Part shown: positions 25,151 through 38,110 of the stretch, piece by piece | How the letters are laid out: every line of letters begins with the position of its first letter | How positions within the stretch are numbered: the stretch's first letter is position 1 | Source of the DNA: Octopus vulgaris | Lineage: Eukaryota | Reading direction: 5' to 3' | Assembly (NCBI GenBank): GCA_951406725.2 | Contig: OX597827.1 | Location: forward strand, 83,266,001 to 83,330,000 | Length of the DNA stretch: 64,000 nucleotides | Made by a program: the position numbers and the translations under genes | The notes under the pieces: generated by a model | Told to the model about the DNA's origin: nothing | What the model saw: the letters and a program-made list of their open reading frames with translations, nothing else | Database searches by the model: none

Positions 25151-26239
25151 ACTTTTTATCTTTTATCTGTATTGATTAATGTTTGGAATTATCTGCCCAT
25201 ACTGTTGACCAATTTCCCATGCCAGGTGACATGTGTTGGATGAAGATAGGAATCCAGACATTATCATTATACAGTTGATAATCTGAAGGTAGTTACAGCT
25301 GGGTGATGTTGAGTCACTGCTAACAGACCATTACTTGGCTGGCACTGACTTATTTATTCAACACAACATTAAGATCATCGTCTAACATGAATTAAGATGA
25401 ACTATGCCAATATCTGAACCCATATCAAGAATCTGCTAAACATTTATCAGTTTTCACCTGTAGGTAATCACCCCTCCCCTTAAAACTATCACAATAATAA
25501 GTTACTTCAAATATATGAAATGTATTTACACATTTTTAAGAAAATGTAAACTCAGCGCCATGACTCTTTGCAAAAACGTGTGTGTGTTTGCAAGTGCGCA
25601 TGTGTGAAGACATGGGCTTACGCTAAAATGCTTTACCACAATGTATCCCCATGAACCCATTTAATAACCAGTAATCTTGGTCTAAACTTTTAATTGAAAA
25701 TACGCTAATAAGTCTTTAGAATGCCATGAAATAAATTGCAAGAAATTGCAATACATAGACAAAAACATGGAAAACTAAAGTCAATGATATTGGTGTAAGG
25801 TATAATAATATGAACCTTCCTTATCACCATACATGTAGATAGAGCTTTCCAAAGATGGGAACACTCCTGATGACTTACACAACTACTACTAGAACATTTT
25901 TGACTGTCACATAGATTTCTATGACAAAATGACCAAACATTTTTATTATACTGTCATGCGTTTTCTTCAAAACTAGAATCACTGAAGAAATATCCCCAAT
26001 TGCTAGAGATGTAGTCAGTACAGAAATATCATAGAAAATTATTATTTTTGTATTATTTGTATCTAGGGAAAATATATTGTTCAGGTAACTAATTTTCCCT
26101 TTAAAACTAAATCTTAGGTCAAACATTTTCTATATCAGGTAAGTTAGAGACACGTCTCAGAAATGAAATATTCAATGAAGAAGTCAGTAGCTTATAATAA
26201 ACTGGAAAGTTACACACACATTAGTACAGCTAGTTGATA

Positions 26240-26588
26240 TTGTTGTGAGTCTCTGTGTGTGTGTGTGTGTGTGTGTGCATGTGTAGAGGGGTAACTATTG
26301 TAGTTTGTGTGTGTACTGATAGATATTGTAGTGAGTGTGTGTGTGTGCGTGTCTCTCTCTATACACACACACACATATATATCTATACATACACATAAAT
26401 ACATAGAGAGAGAGAAAGAGTGGTAGCTGCTGTAGTGTGTGTGTGTGAAAGAGAGTGTACAGGTAGTGAATATATGTACATACTGGTATCTGTTATAGTG
26501 TGTATATAAATGTGTGTGTGTGTGCGTGTGCATACTGGTATCTGTTTGATGTGCATATATATATGATTGGTGGTGGTGGTGGTGGTGG

Positions 26589-26643
<55 letters not shown>

Positions 26644-26660
26644 CGCACACATGTGAACGC
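26240..26660. repeat. (GT)n/(TGG)n compound microsatellite block
   Basis: Directly visible. Confidence 0.9.
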
Positions 26661-28128
26661 ATGTGCAGGTAGTTAATAAACAGGTAGAATTATGAAACAT
26701 CTTTTAAAAATGATTTGGAAACTATTTGTGAATTGAAGGTTTTATTCAGGTTGCCAAAATCTTAAAAACATTGCAGTTAAAGGCTGTGTCTTTAATGCAA
26801 ACCAGTTCCCTCTCTATCTGGGTAATAAAAGAAAGTCAGTGATATAATATTATAACAAAACAAAGCTCTACAAACTTGATGATATCCTAAAACCACAGAC
26901 GTACTGCCATTAGAGCACTGACATCAACAACACTACCACAGCTTGCAATTTCAACACGTTTTAAGTAAATTATCGTAATTTTGTTTTACTACAGTAAACT
27001 AATTCAAAAGCACATCAACCCTATCACACTTTTCTGCATACACATAAAGGTTGCATTAATGTATGTGCGTGTAGGGGGAAAGAGGAGAGAGAGAGAGAGA
27101 GAGAAAGTGAGAGAGAGACGGAGAGACAGACAGAGCTCTCCTTTCCACATACAACTAGCTGCAGATATATTTATATAGACACATTATATCTTACAGAAAA
27201 GTATTTAAAATTTTGGTCAGGGTGAAAGAATACATTTTGGTAAGAATTTAAAATGATTTTAAAACATATATAGTGTGTGAAAATGTCAACGAATAATGTC
27301 AGCATAAAATATATAATAGAATAAAACATTGAGATATTCTACTGTGAAGGTCAGCTTAAAAATAAAGGTTAAGAAATATTTCTGATTACTTCACCCTAGA
27401 AATGCTTGCAACTTGCAGATGGCGCAAACATCCATTCAATCTGGTGACATCATATGAAGAAGAAAGATGTTTTTTTTAGCAAAACCAAGAGGAATACAAC
27501 CGACACTGCACATTGATCTTAATAAAGATGACTAGCTGTACCCAGTTTTTTCATCATCATCATTGTTATTATTATTATTATTATTATTATATATAGATGG
27601 AAATAGGAAAATGCATGTTTCTACAAAATTGTACAAAACACATATGCTTATATACGCATGCGCACACACTCACATGAACATGCACATCCACATAAAAGCT
27701 CAGCAGAGTCCATCTCTTATATAGCAGCTCATGCAAACCTGCGCTTAACAATGACAGCTTGGTGCACTATTACTAAAATGCACTGTAGTGGTGGAGAGTA
27801 ATGTTTCACGCAGCAAGTAGCAGTCTGAAGTTGTACAGCAGTAAGCCTATTGATAGTGGCAAAAACATTCTGAACTCTCTATGAAGCTATCTTTAATAAA
27901 GTGTATCTTAAAATATCTGTTAGCAAATTTTACACTTGTATTTGAAGGAAACTTAAAATTTCAAGGGTTAAAAGTATTTAGTTGTAATGAACAAATATAC
28001 TTTATACCAATAAGCCTTCCCTGACCCAGTGATAACATCCTGGTAACAGAGTTACTTATCAAAATAACATTCTATTCTCCACCCCATTATTTCAAGTTAG
28101 ATCTCAAGTATAAATAATACTACAATTA

Positions 28129-28363
28129 TTAACTCTTCCGTCACCCAGACTCTAACAAAACATATTGTGTTGAAATTGATTTAGAGAGATTTTATAAAAT
28201 ATTTAACTTCGTTATTATTAAGCTGGTGTTTGGAAAATAAGAAAAAACTTTGACATAAAAATTATAGTGGAAGATTTTAATTTAAATGTAAACATTTCAA
28301 AATGGACAGCTTTGTATTCGAGAACCAAAGACAGTCGCAGGCGGGTTGGTATCGAAACGGTAA
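28129..28363. mobile_element. Decayed piggyBac-like MITE
   Basis: TTAACTCTTCCGTCACC ... GGTATCGAAACGGTAA resemble degenerate TTAA-flanked TIRs. Confidence 0.35.
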
Positions 28364-29035
28364 TGCATCAAAACTGAATGTTTAAAACCATATTTTAAAA
28401 GAGAGGGAATTTTATGACCCAATGTACAAACTCCAGTTGTAATGTAAATAGTAATATTAACTAAAGTCCCGATCCAATAATTATTCACAGACATTAATAA
28501 TATCATCTGTACACGTTAATTAACAAGACAATAAATATTCAGAATTCAAATGAATTAACCTTGTTCCACTGCGTATGTTTGAGCTGGAAATGTAACTTCA
28601 CCGCTTCCCTTGTTTCATTGCAAACATTAACCAAAGTGAAAATATTTCAATAAACCAGTGCATTTTATTTCACTTCAGTCTAACCATACTTATGGCTAAC
28701 CATATGGATTCATCGTTTATCAAATAGTTAGTCATACTGAAACAAATTGATGCAATCTATTGAATAAATATCTAAAGAAATAAGGGTTTCCCAGATGAAA
28801 ACAAAACTTTACAATAATTAAGAAGAAATTTGCTCATGATTTTTGTCTCTTTTCTAAATCCCTCAACAATCCCCAAACTTAGCACTGTTGCAGCTTTAAT
28901 GTTCAACTTGTTACATTTGAAGAGTTTGGATTGGAAAATAATAACTAGTTTATGAATATAGTCATGAAAATTTTAAAGCCCAACTATTTTAGAAACTATA
29001 AGAGAGACTTTAGAGAAAACATAATTACTGACAAG

Positions 29036-29068
<33 letters not shown>

Positions 29069-29841
29069 TTCAGACTGACAACTGTGGGGTAGAGTTACTA
29101 CTGTGCTGAGAAATACTAAATAACACATCATATGTTGCATAAAATAAACTGATAATAGAAAAAGAAACAGCAAACTGACAATGTAGAGTTAAAGCTATAA
29201 AAAATCAATTCTAAAAATAACTATTTTAGTTGTAAAGAGGTCAGCAAAGTAAATGATAGCAGTTGTTAAGTTAGATATAGAAAAACTGATTTATTATCAA
29301 CAAATTGTAATAGAAACTACAATACACTTAATACAGACTGCTCTACTAGATTATATAAGTATAGGTTAGCAGAAATATTTCTTTGTGCAGCCCAGCAATT
29401 CAGCTTTCTATAAAAGGTAAAAGAGTTTCAGTCATGTTTCAATGAAACAATTGAGTTATTTCCCTTGGCATACAGAATCGGCCAAAAGCCTCTTCGTTAT
29501 CAATAAACTTTCACGGTTTCTATCATTCCGGTTAGTAAATTACCCAAACAACATTTTACTGTACATTCTGATTATTAAAATGAGCAAAATGGGTAATTAA
29601 TGATAAATACACTCAACAGAGTAAGCTCAATGTTTAAATATCAACATTTCTCTTTGAAGCTGTAAATATTAGTACAGAAATTAAAAGATTCCAAGATCTC
29701 TCAGTTGAAAATGGTGACAAAGGCAATATATAGAAAAGATAGCAAACGTTTTGTAGTGAATTTCTAGGTGGGATCAGGGAAAGATTTAAAGCTGAAATTA
29801 TTCCGTTCTTCACTGTGCCTAATTTCACACACTAATCTGAG

Positions 29842-29880
<39 letters not shown>

Positions 29881-29990
29881 ATATAGTGTGTGTGTATGTG
29901 TGTGTATGTGTGTGTAAGTGTATAAAATTAAATAATAAGAAAACCAGTGTCGTAGCATATTTAAAAAATCCAAAGATTAAAAATTGTGCT

Positions 29991-30174
29991 ACATACAAAA
30001 TTAAGAGGAATGACCACTGAAGTGGACACCTAATATGCTAAACATAGATGACAAATCGCTATTATCACGAAGAATGTTCTTGAGAACACATTATTCGTGG
30101 TAATGGCGATTTGTCATCTATGTTTAACATATCAGGTATCCACTTCAGTAGTCATTCTTCTTAATTTTGTATGT
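29991..30174. repeat. 184-nt near-perfect palindrome
   Basis: ~90-bp arms with essentially no loop; about 8 substitutions and one 2-nt indel. Confidence 0.95.
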
Positions 30175-30609
30175 GTGTGTGTGTGTAAGCGTATAAGACA
30201 AACAGATAGATAGATACTCCAACCCATTCCAGCATGGAAATCAGATGTTAGATGATGATGATGACAGACAGATATTTAGAGTGGGAGTGAGAGAGAGATG
30301 CTGCTTTTTTCCATTCCTATTTACCTTGTACCTTGATTTCTATCACCCTTTCCAGATGGAGAAGCCATGTGTTTGTTTGCCTCCTCAACAAGATACTTGC
30401 TCTATCATACTTTTTCATACCCCCTAATATTATACGCCATTCAGTTAAGGGATCTTGTCCTGCGAGTACTTGGTGATCCCACCAATGCTGGTGCCACTAA
30501 GAAGGCACCAAGTACACTCTGTGAAGTGGGTAGCATTAGAGAAGCCAAAGTGAATATTGGAGCTCAAGCCATCTGGCCCATGCCAACATTGGAAAAGAGA
30601 TATTACTTC

Positions 30610-31251
30610 ATGACAAGTGAACGAACCAGAGATGAAGTGGACACAAACTCAACTGCTGGTCCTGATGGTTTCCCAGCAATCCTCCTCAAATCGTGTAAGC
30701 ATGCCCTGGTAAAACCCTCCAGATTCTCTTCCAGAGCTTTCTTGCAAATGGCAAACTGGCAAGCAAGCTGAAGGAGGGAATAATATGCCCAATCCATAAA
30801 GGGGGAAGCAGAGCAGATGCCAAAAACTATAGGCCTATCTCTCTGACTTCACACATCAGCAAAATCATGGAAAAGATAGTCAAAGGGAAACTAATCACAT
30901 TCCTTGAGGAAAATAACTTGCTGAGTGATACCCAGCATAGTTTTCAACCAGGTAGGAGCTGCCTGACCCAGCTCTTACAACATTATGACTGGGTGTTGAG
31001 GCAGTTACTCAACAAATCAAATGTGGATGTAATATACCTTGATTTTGCAAAAGCTTTTGACAAGGTGGATCATGGTATGATATGCCACAAACTGCGTGAC
31101 CTCGGCATAGCTGGAAAACTTGGAGTGTGGTTAAATGACTTCCTGAAAGATAGGAGTCAGGCAGTAGTGGCTAATGGAGCCACCTCTATGAACACACAAA
31201 TAGTGAGTGGTGTTCCACAGGGCACTGTCTTGAGACCACTGCTTTTTATAG
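30610..31251 (+). mobile_element. CR1-clade LINE reverse-transcriptase fragment
   Basis: AGPDGFPAILLK..PIHKGG..NYRPISLTS..QHSFQPGRSCLTQL..IYLDFAKAFDKVDH..SGVPQGTVLRPLLF; ends abruptly before YADD. Confidence 0.92.
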
Positions 31252-31675
31252 TACCCGTCTGATATGAGTGATCATATCAGACGGGTATGTTCGATTTTTA
31301 GTGCTCTCAAATCCAAATCTAAAGAAATCTTTGAGCTGACGAAGGAAATGTTGATCTTTAGATTCAACTAATCCAGAAACGGCCGTTCTCAAGTAATCTT
31401 ATGTACGAGTGATCTTTCGTTATTTTTCCCTCTATGCCTGCGTGAATTATTTTCGAGTATACATTGTCTGGGAGATTTTTCTTATAGTAGAAGAAATAGC
31501 TAAGATTTTTTGGATGCTATTTCTCACAGTTCAGTGTGTGGTCAAGTAAATTATTTTACTGAACCCTAATTATATAATGTAATGTTTTAAATATACCATA
31601 AATGGTCTTTTTACATACTGAACACTACTTGGTAAAATTAATTAATAATTAATTAATTTTACCCTTATATTATTG
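31252..31675 (+). mobile_element. Penelope-like pseudo-LTR / non-autonomous element carrying the hammerhead
   Basis: Starts with a perfect 16-bp hairpin, contains the HHR motif, has an AT-rich tail running into (TA)n. Confidence 0.55.
31331..31392 (+). ncRNA. Type I hammerhead ribozyme motif (Penelope/retrozyme type)
   Basis: Stem I TTGAG/CTCAA; core CTGACGA (31336-31342); stem II GGA..GTTG.ATC/GAT.CAAC..TCC; GAAA (31376-31379); palindromic AACGGCCGTT stem III; predicted cleavage after GUU at 31387. Confidence 0.75.
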
Positions 31676-31678
31676 ATG

Positions 31679-31679
<1 letters not shown>

Positions 31680-31712
<33 letters not shown>

Positions 31713-31805
31713 GTATATGTATATATATATACATATATACATATATGTATATATACATGTATACATATATGTATATATACATATATACATATATGTATAT
31801 ATACA

Positions 31806-31862
<57 letters not shown>

Positions 31863-31869
31863 ATATATA

Positions 31870-31930
<61 letters not shown>

Positions 31931-31953
31931 ATATATATGTGTGTGTGTGTGTG

Positions 31954-32040
<87 letters not shown>
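31680..32040. repeat. Higher-order (TA)n/(TG)n microsatellite array
   Basis: Directly visible alternating blocks. Confidence 0.95.
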
Positions 32041-32042
<2 letters not shown>

Positions 32043-32045
<3 letters not shown>

Positions 32046-32293
32046 TGGCACATAAAATACACCAATCTGACCGTGGCCGTTGCCAGCCCCGCCTGGCACC
32101 TGTGCAGGTGGCACGTAAAAAGCACCCACTACACTCACGGAGTGGTTGGCGTTAGGAAGGGCATCCAGCTGTAGAAACATTGCCAGATTAGACTGGAGCC
32201 TGGTGCAGCCTTCTGGCTTCCCAGATCCCCGGTCGAACCGTCCAACCCATGCTAGCATGGAGAACGGACGTTAAACGACGATGATGATGATGA
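32043..32293 (+). mobile_element. RTE 3'-UTR-derived short repeat (young copy); close paralog at 52655-52936
   Basis: GGCACGTAAAAAGCACCCACTACACTCACGGAGTGGTTGGCGTTAGGAAGGGCATCCAG..GCTAGCATGG..CGGACGTTAAAC(GAT)n. Confidence 0.85.
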
Positions 32294-32404
32294 TATATAT
32301 ATATATATATATATAAAGTTGATCCAAACAAGAAAGCACAAAAAAACACAATGCGAGGACGTGGAACAAATATAGTATTATTGGATGCTCAGGAAAGAAG
32401 GAGG

Positions 32405-32439
32405 GTTTAACGTTTCGAGCGGAGCTCTTCGTCGGAAAC
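32405..32439 (-). ncRNA. Minimal hammerhead-like motif inside a short repeat (32316-32513)
   Basis: Minus strand GTTT-CCGACGA-A-GAGC-TCC-GCTC-GAAA-CG-TT-AAAC: stem I GTTT/AAAC, stem II GAGC/GCTC, palindromic AACGTT; the core has C where U4 is expected. A truncated end of the same repeat lies at ~5197-5240. Confidence 0.6.
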
Positions 32440-32512
32440 ATAGAAGGAAAAATCCAGTGAAAGGAAGACAGAGGAAAAAATCGCCAACGGTACACACGCA
32501 GTCACATTTTGA

Positions 32513-32758
<246 letters not shown>

Positions 32759-32786
32759 AAATGACTGAAACAAGTAAAAGAGTAAA

Positions 32787-32817
<31 letters not shown>

Positions 32818-32852
32818 AATATATATATATATATATATATGTGAATATATAT

Positions 32853-32881
32853 ATCTTTATATATATAAAACTGAGAATGTG

Positions 32882-32920
<39 letters not shown>

Positions 32921-33105
32921 GTGTTTCCCTAAAACTTGAGAACTACACAACCAATTTCATTCAAATTTTACACATGCCTTACTTAGGGTCCATGTAGTTT
33001 CATGGGCAAAAACAATGTTCAACTTCTTGCCTAGAGTGAGCCCATAGCAATATCATATCTTCTCCACTATTTCAGTATTACGTGTTAAAAGTGAAACAAA
33101 AATAT
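32853..33105 (+). mobile_element. Non-autonomous Helitron 5' portion
   Basis: ATC-TTTATATATATAAAA start, (CTGT)n tract and AACCAATTTCATTCAAATTTTACACA, typical of CTGT-bearing Helitrons; truncated by an RTE remnant. Confidence 0.6.
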
Positions 33106-33790
33106 TTCCTAACGCCAACCACTCTGAGAGTGTAGTGGGTGTTTTTTACGTGCCACCGGCACAGGGGCCAGTCAGGCGGTACTAGCAATGACCTCGCTCA
33201 AATCTTTTTGCACATGCCACCAGCACAGGTGCCAGTAAGGCAACGTTGTTAACAACCACGCTTGAATGGTGCCCTTTTACGTGCCACTGGCACGGAAGCC
33301 ATTTGGCCGCTCTTTCAATGATCACGCTCGGATGGTGCTCTTGGCAGTCTACTAGCACGGCCACAAGTGCCAATAAGGTGACGCTGGTAACGATCACACA
33401 TGAATGGTGCTTTTTATGTGCCACTGGCTCCCAAGCTGGTTAGCCGCTCTGTCAACGATCACACTCGTATGGTGCTCTTTGCACCCTGCTAGCATGGATG
33501 CCAGTCATCGAATTTGATTTTGATTTTGATTTCACTTGCCTCAACAGGTCTTCGCAAGCAGAGTTTAGTGTCCAAAGAAGGAAAAGGTACGCATAAGCGG
33601 GATGGTTATGCTCCTGGCATAGGCCATAGGGTCTCACTTGGCTTGCCGGGTCTTCTCAAGCACAGCATATTTCCAAAAGTCTCGGTTACTAGTCATTTCC
33701 TTGGTGAGGTCTAAAGTTCGAAGGTTGTGCTTCACCACTTCATCCCAGGTCTTCCTGGGTTTACTTCTTCCACAGGTTCCCTCAACCGCT
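33105..33790 (-). mobile_element. RTE 3' end (ORF tail plus 3' UTR)
   Basis: Minus strand translates to VEGTCGRSKPRKTWDEVVKHNLRTLDLTKEMTSNRDFWKYAVLEKT, followed by GTGGCACGTAAAA units. Confidence 0.85.
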
Positions 33791-34099
33791 ATGAATATAT
33801 GTTGTATATAGACATACATGTATGTATACACATATATATCTATGGAAATAATGACTTTCTTTCGAACTGTTTCAAGTTTGATCTTACTAATCAAATGTTT
33901 GTTGATATTTCCATCATTTAGTCATTTATATGTAGTTTGAAACAATGGTATTCCTAAAACTATTAGTCCATTTATGTTACATGATCTTCCTGATTTCATC
34001 ATCAGGGTGAAGTGATGCTAATAACAAGGTTAATTCATACACACGTCAGTAGGTTACATACAATAGCAGGATATTCCTATCACTGATAAACCTGTCTAC

Positions 34100-34760
34100 A
34101 TGAGATTTAATACTAATCATACACTACAAGAACCAGATGTCCTTTGGTTACAAAATGGATAACTGACTTATAAAACAGAACATGTGTAATCACAACTAAC
34201 AACACAAACACCAGACTATGAAACTTCCTTGTCAACACAAAGCTACAAATTAACAAAGCATACAACATACTTCTTCAATACTCTAAACTGCCACATTGGC
34301 TATACAGATATGGCACTTTTTCATTGGTTGATCCTGCAGTTATCACAAGAAACCATCTGAAGCCATTATAATACTGGACATGAAATAAGAGATAAAGATT
34401 AGTTGATATCATTACACTATCTTAACAAGACAGTAGGTGAGACCAGTAAGGATTCCCATTTGGTGTACGCAGCAGAATGCACCAAAACCAATTTGATTTA
34501 TGTTGGTTGTACAACAGAACAATTAAATAAAAGATTCAATGGGCATAGGAGGCACAATAACAGTAATTCAACTGAACGTTTCACAACAAAAAGGCTGTAA
34601 TTTTGAGGAACACTGAAAGTGCATATTCTCAGAAAATATTCTGACCTCAAAACATATGAGGAGGATAAATACTTCTATGAATTACTAATGTCACACTATG
34701 GAGGAAGCAACAAAATCACAGCAGAATTCCTTCACATTTACACAATTTAGTTTTCACTAA
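34100..34760 (+). mobile_element. Decayed Penelope-like element (GIY-YIG endonuclease)
   Basis: SHLVYAAECTKTNLIYVGCTTEQLNKRFNGHR matches the PLE GIY-YIG pattern VY..C..YVG.T...L..RF..HR; boundaries approximate. Confidence 0.75.
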
Positions 34761-35399
34761 TGTTCAGTTTCCTGCTTTCTTTCTTTGTTTCTTTCCTTAG
34801 GATGGTGGAATGTCAGAATCCTTTGAACATAAGAAAAATTGTTTTGTAGTACTTATTCTGGGTTATCATTGATGACACCACCCTTCCAATCCTAACACAT
34901 TTTCCAGAAAAATATCTTCATAAGCTTCCCTGGCATGTACTATCATAGACATCAACTTCACTTTAAAATACCTTGATGCTTCATCTTACATTGTACAACC
35001 CAACGTTACATACATACATACACTCATAATTGCAATGCTGTTATTTCTCTATTTCCTTCCCTTATAACTTGCCCCACACATACTCTGTGTATGCCATTAT
35101 ATCAACATGTGACCATTGGTTCACTTCTAAGTTTATCTCTAGATTTTCTATAGAATTCAGAACCAACACTGCAAGTTACAACATTTTTTATACAAACACG
35201 AGTATTTAAACAATGCGATCAAAGAGAGAAAATTAGGTGATGGGTGTCTATGCATCGTTCAAGAGTTATTAGTTTCATCAGTACCACAGCCAACCCATCA
35301 ACTATCCACAAACATTGTTTAAATACCCACCAGGTCTAGCAGTGCAACAGTTGGATAGACCAATTTACATATTATACCCATTCCTGGTCACTGGTACAT

Positions 35400-35720
35400 A
35401 TTGCTGACAAAGCTACAATATTTCATTTTGCAACCATAATATATTACCAAGTATATTACAGGTTTACAAGTCAATGCTGTCTCACCTTGTGTTAACAGAG
35501 CAATATTTTCATTTTAAAGTTAATCTCGAAGGATTTTCTATAAAATTCAGAGCCAGTACTGCAAGTTACAACATTTCATAAAAAAAGACATGTACGCAAA
35601 CAATGCAGTATATATATATATATATATATATATACACAAGATACAACACAGTAATGACTTGTAATATATTTCGAAGTGTATTAGGGTTGCAAAATGAAAT
35701 AATGTCTCTTTGCCAGCAAT
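35400..35720. repeat. Old inverted repeat (~85-bp arms) overlapping a direct repeat (35130-35220 and 35520-35608)
   Basis: ATTGCTGACAAAG..ATTTCATTTTGCAACC pairs with GGTTGCAAAATGAAAT..CTTTGCCAGCAAT; GATTTTCTATA.AATTCAGA..CTGCAAGTTACAACATTT is duplicated. Confidence 0.65.
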
Positions 35721-35784
35721 TAAGACTATATATACAGAACACTCCAAAAGTCACACTACTATTTAATACATATGTTCACATATA

Positions 35785-35985
35785 TCAACATCATTGTCAT
35801 CAGTTTAATATCCATTTCCCAAGCTTACATGGGTCAAATGAAATTTGTTGAGGCAAATTTTAAATGACTGGATACCTTTCCTGTTGCCAACCCTCAAATT
35901 TTTTTAAGAATGGTAATATTTTCCCATAACCAGACATGTTCCCACAGATGACTAGAACTATCACATGATATCAAAGCAAGGAGTT
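35785..35985 (-). mobile_element. SINE-like repeat related to the RTE tail; second copy at 48950-49150
   Basis: Shared CCCTCA..GGTAATATTT..CCAGA..ATCACATGATATCAA..CAA.GG. Confidence 0.55.
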
Positions 35986-36199
35986 AGTAACACACACACA
36001 CACATACTGATAGAGATGCCACATACATATAGTAAGTAGTATATTGAGGTAATGCACTGTATTGTTGCAATTAGGTTGCAGTGTATCAAACTGTAAGAAA
36101 ATTGAGTCAATTGTCTACATGAGAGAGACAGACAGAGACTAGGACTTTTTATATGATAACCTACTGAGAGATGCAGATGAAATTTAAGGCTGGTACATG

Positions 36200-38110
36200 G
36201 CTCCAGCTGAAAGTATGGCTATGTGAGGGTGGAATAGTACTGTAGACAGAACCATAAAAGCTAGGAGATAGGTCTTGAAAAACTGGAAGAAAAGGGGCAG
36301 TAGAGAGAAATATTAAAGAGCTAGAAGAGAAGCTAAACTTCAGGTACACTTAGCAAGGGAAAATGCAGAAAAGAAAAAGTTTGCATGTTCTGCAATGTGA
36401 GCATCAGAAGCATGTACTAGAGAGAACTGAGATGTTGCTAGGGAGAAGAAGATATAAAATGAAAAGAAGACGCTTGTTTTTACTGATACCAAAAAGTGAC
36501 ATGGAAAGTTTGTTGAATGAGGAGAAATAATAGGAAAGAGAGAGAAAGTTCACTCTGAGTAGACCCAAGAAAGGGACCCGATATCCAAGTTGGCAGTAAT
36601 ATGGTAGACAGAGCAATTATGAAGATGGGGAAAGCAGCTGGATTACTGAGGATAGTCACTGAGATGCCTAAAATATCTGTTTACGTAGTGTACTGGTTAG
36701 TCACTGCAATGCTCCCTCAGGGAATACTCAGTGACTGGTGTACAGGCGTCATTGCAAACTACTATAAGAGCAGAATGGATGCAGTAGGGAAAGAAACAAC
36801 AAAGGCACCAAATGGTTGGCCCAAATCATGAAAGTTATGGCAAAATTGATTAGGAACCGGTTTAGCTTGGATAAGATGTAGTGTTGCTTTGTGCCAGTAA
36901 GAGGTATCCCTCCTGATGTCATCTTGTCTAGAGAAACAATTACAGAAGTACTTAGCTACAGGCAAGTAACAGATGATACTTAGCATACATCAACCTGGAG
37001 AAGGCTTTTGACAGAGCCCTGTGCTCCATGGTTTTGGTGGTTGCTAAAGAATCGAGAAGTAGGTGAATAGTTTGCAAGAGCTGTACAAGCCATGTACAGA
37101 GGTGCAGTAAGCAAGATGAAAGTTACAAATGAGTTCAGTAACAAATTTAATATATAGTTTACAAGTGCATCCAGACTCAATTTTCATCTGGCTGCCAGTT
37201 TATTAGAATCCTCCAAGCAATAACACAAGAGTTTAAGACCAGTGTCAATGGCAACTCCTCTATGCTGGCGACCAATTTGTAGAATTTATAAGGAATTGGA
37301 GAAAAAGCCCGGATATGGAAGCAATAGCTAGAATTGAATGACCTCATCTTAATCAAGACAAAACTATTAGTAAGTAGGGCCTTACTACCATCACAGAAAT
37401 GGTCTCGCTTGATTTGTGTAAGGAGGGTAGGAAGAAATTCCATTGTGTAAGGTCAATGTGGAAAGTGGATGATGCACAACATATGAGTGGAAGCAGAGCC
37501 GAGCTAACAGAGAAAATAGATTTCATATGTGGCAAGTACAAAGGGGCCATAAGCGTTATGAACTAGATTCCCAAAGATGTCTATGTGGTTCACTAGAAAC
37601 AGTTGATAGTTTGTTAACACTGTGGTCTAATTAGCTGTGGGAATGGGTTTTCAAGAAGTAAGGGTAGATAGGAAGTAGTTCCAAGAGCTATTACCTCTGT
37701 TGGCAATGAAGGATTTCTCCCTCAGAGGAAAAGGTAGACTGCACAATACTTATGTACAAAATGTGATGTTGCATGTAGTAAATCATGGGCCTTAAATGAA
37801 TTGCAAAAATAGAAAAAAATGAAGCAGGCATGAGTAATGTTGAGTATGAATGACAGTTTTAACAAGATGGAGAAAAAAAAGCTGTATATAAGAAGAATGA
37901 AATAGAGTGTGCAAAATTGTGATAGTAATGACATGTGATGTGTATGGAGGATTCGAGCTGTATAAAGAAATGTTGTATAATCAATACAAATAAAACCTGG
38001 AGGAGAGGGAAGACCAAAGAAAGATTTAGGATAAAGTAGCAAATACTTAATCTGAAGAGACTGCATCTCATGAAGCAGACGATAAAGGAATGGGACATTT
38101 GGTAGAACCC
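36200..38110 (+). mobile_element. Heavily decayed RTE LINE
   Basis: MKMGKAAG..DWCTGVIANYYK..LEKAFDR..LQAITQEFKT remnants colinear with the other RTE copies; many stops and frameshifts. Confidence 0.8.

Noticed and set aside
25879-26062. Possible minus-strand exon (CCCTAG acceptor, GTAAGT donor, one open frame)
   Set aside because: Its open frame is out of phase with the 42067 donor and the peptide is unrecognisable; a non-coding exon cannot be excluded.
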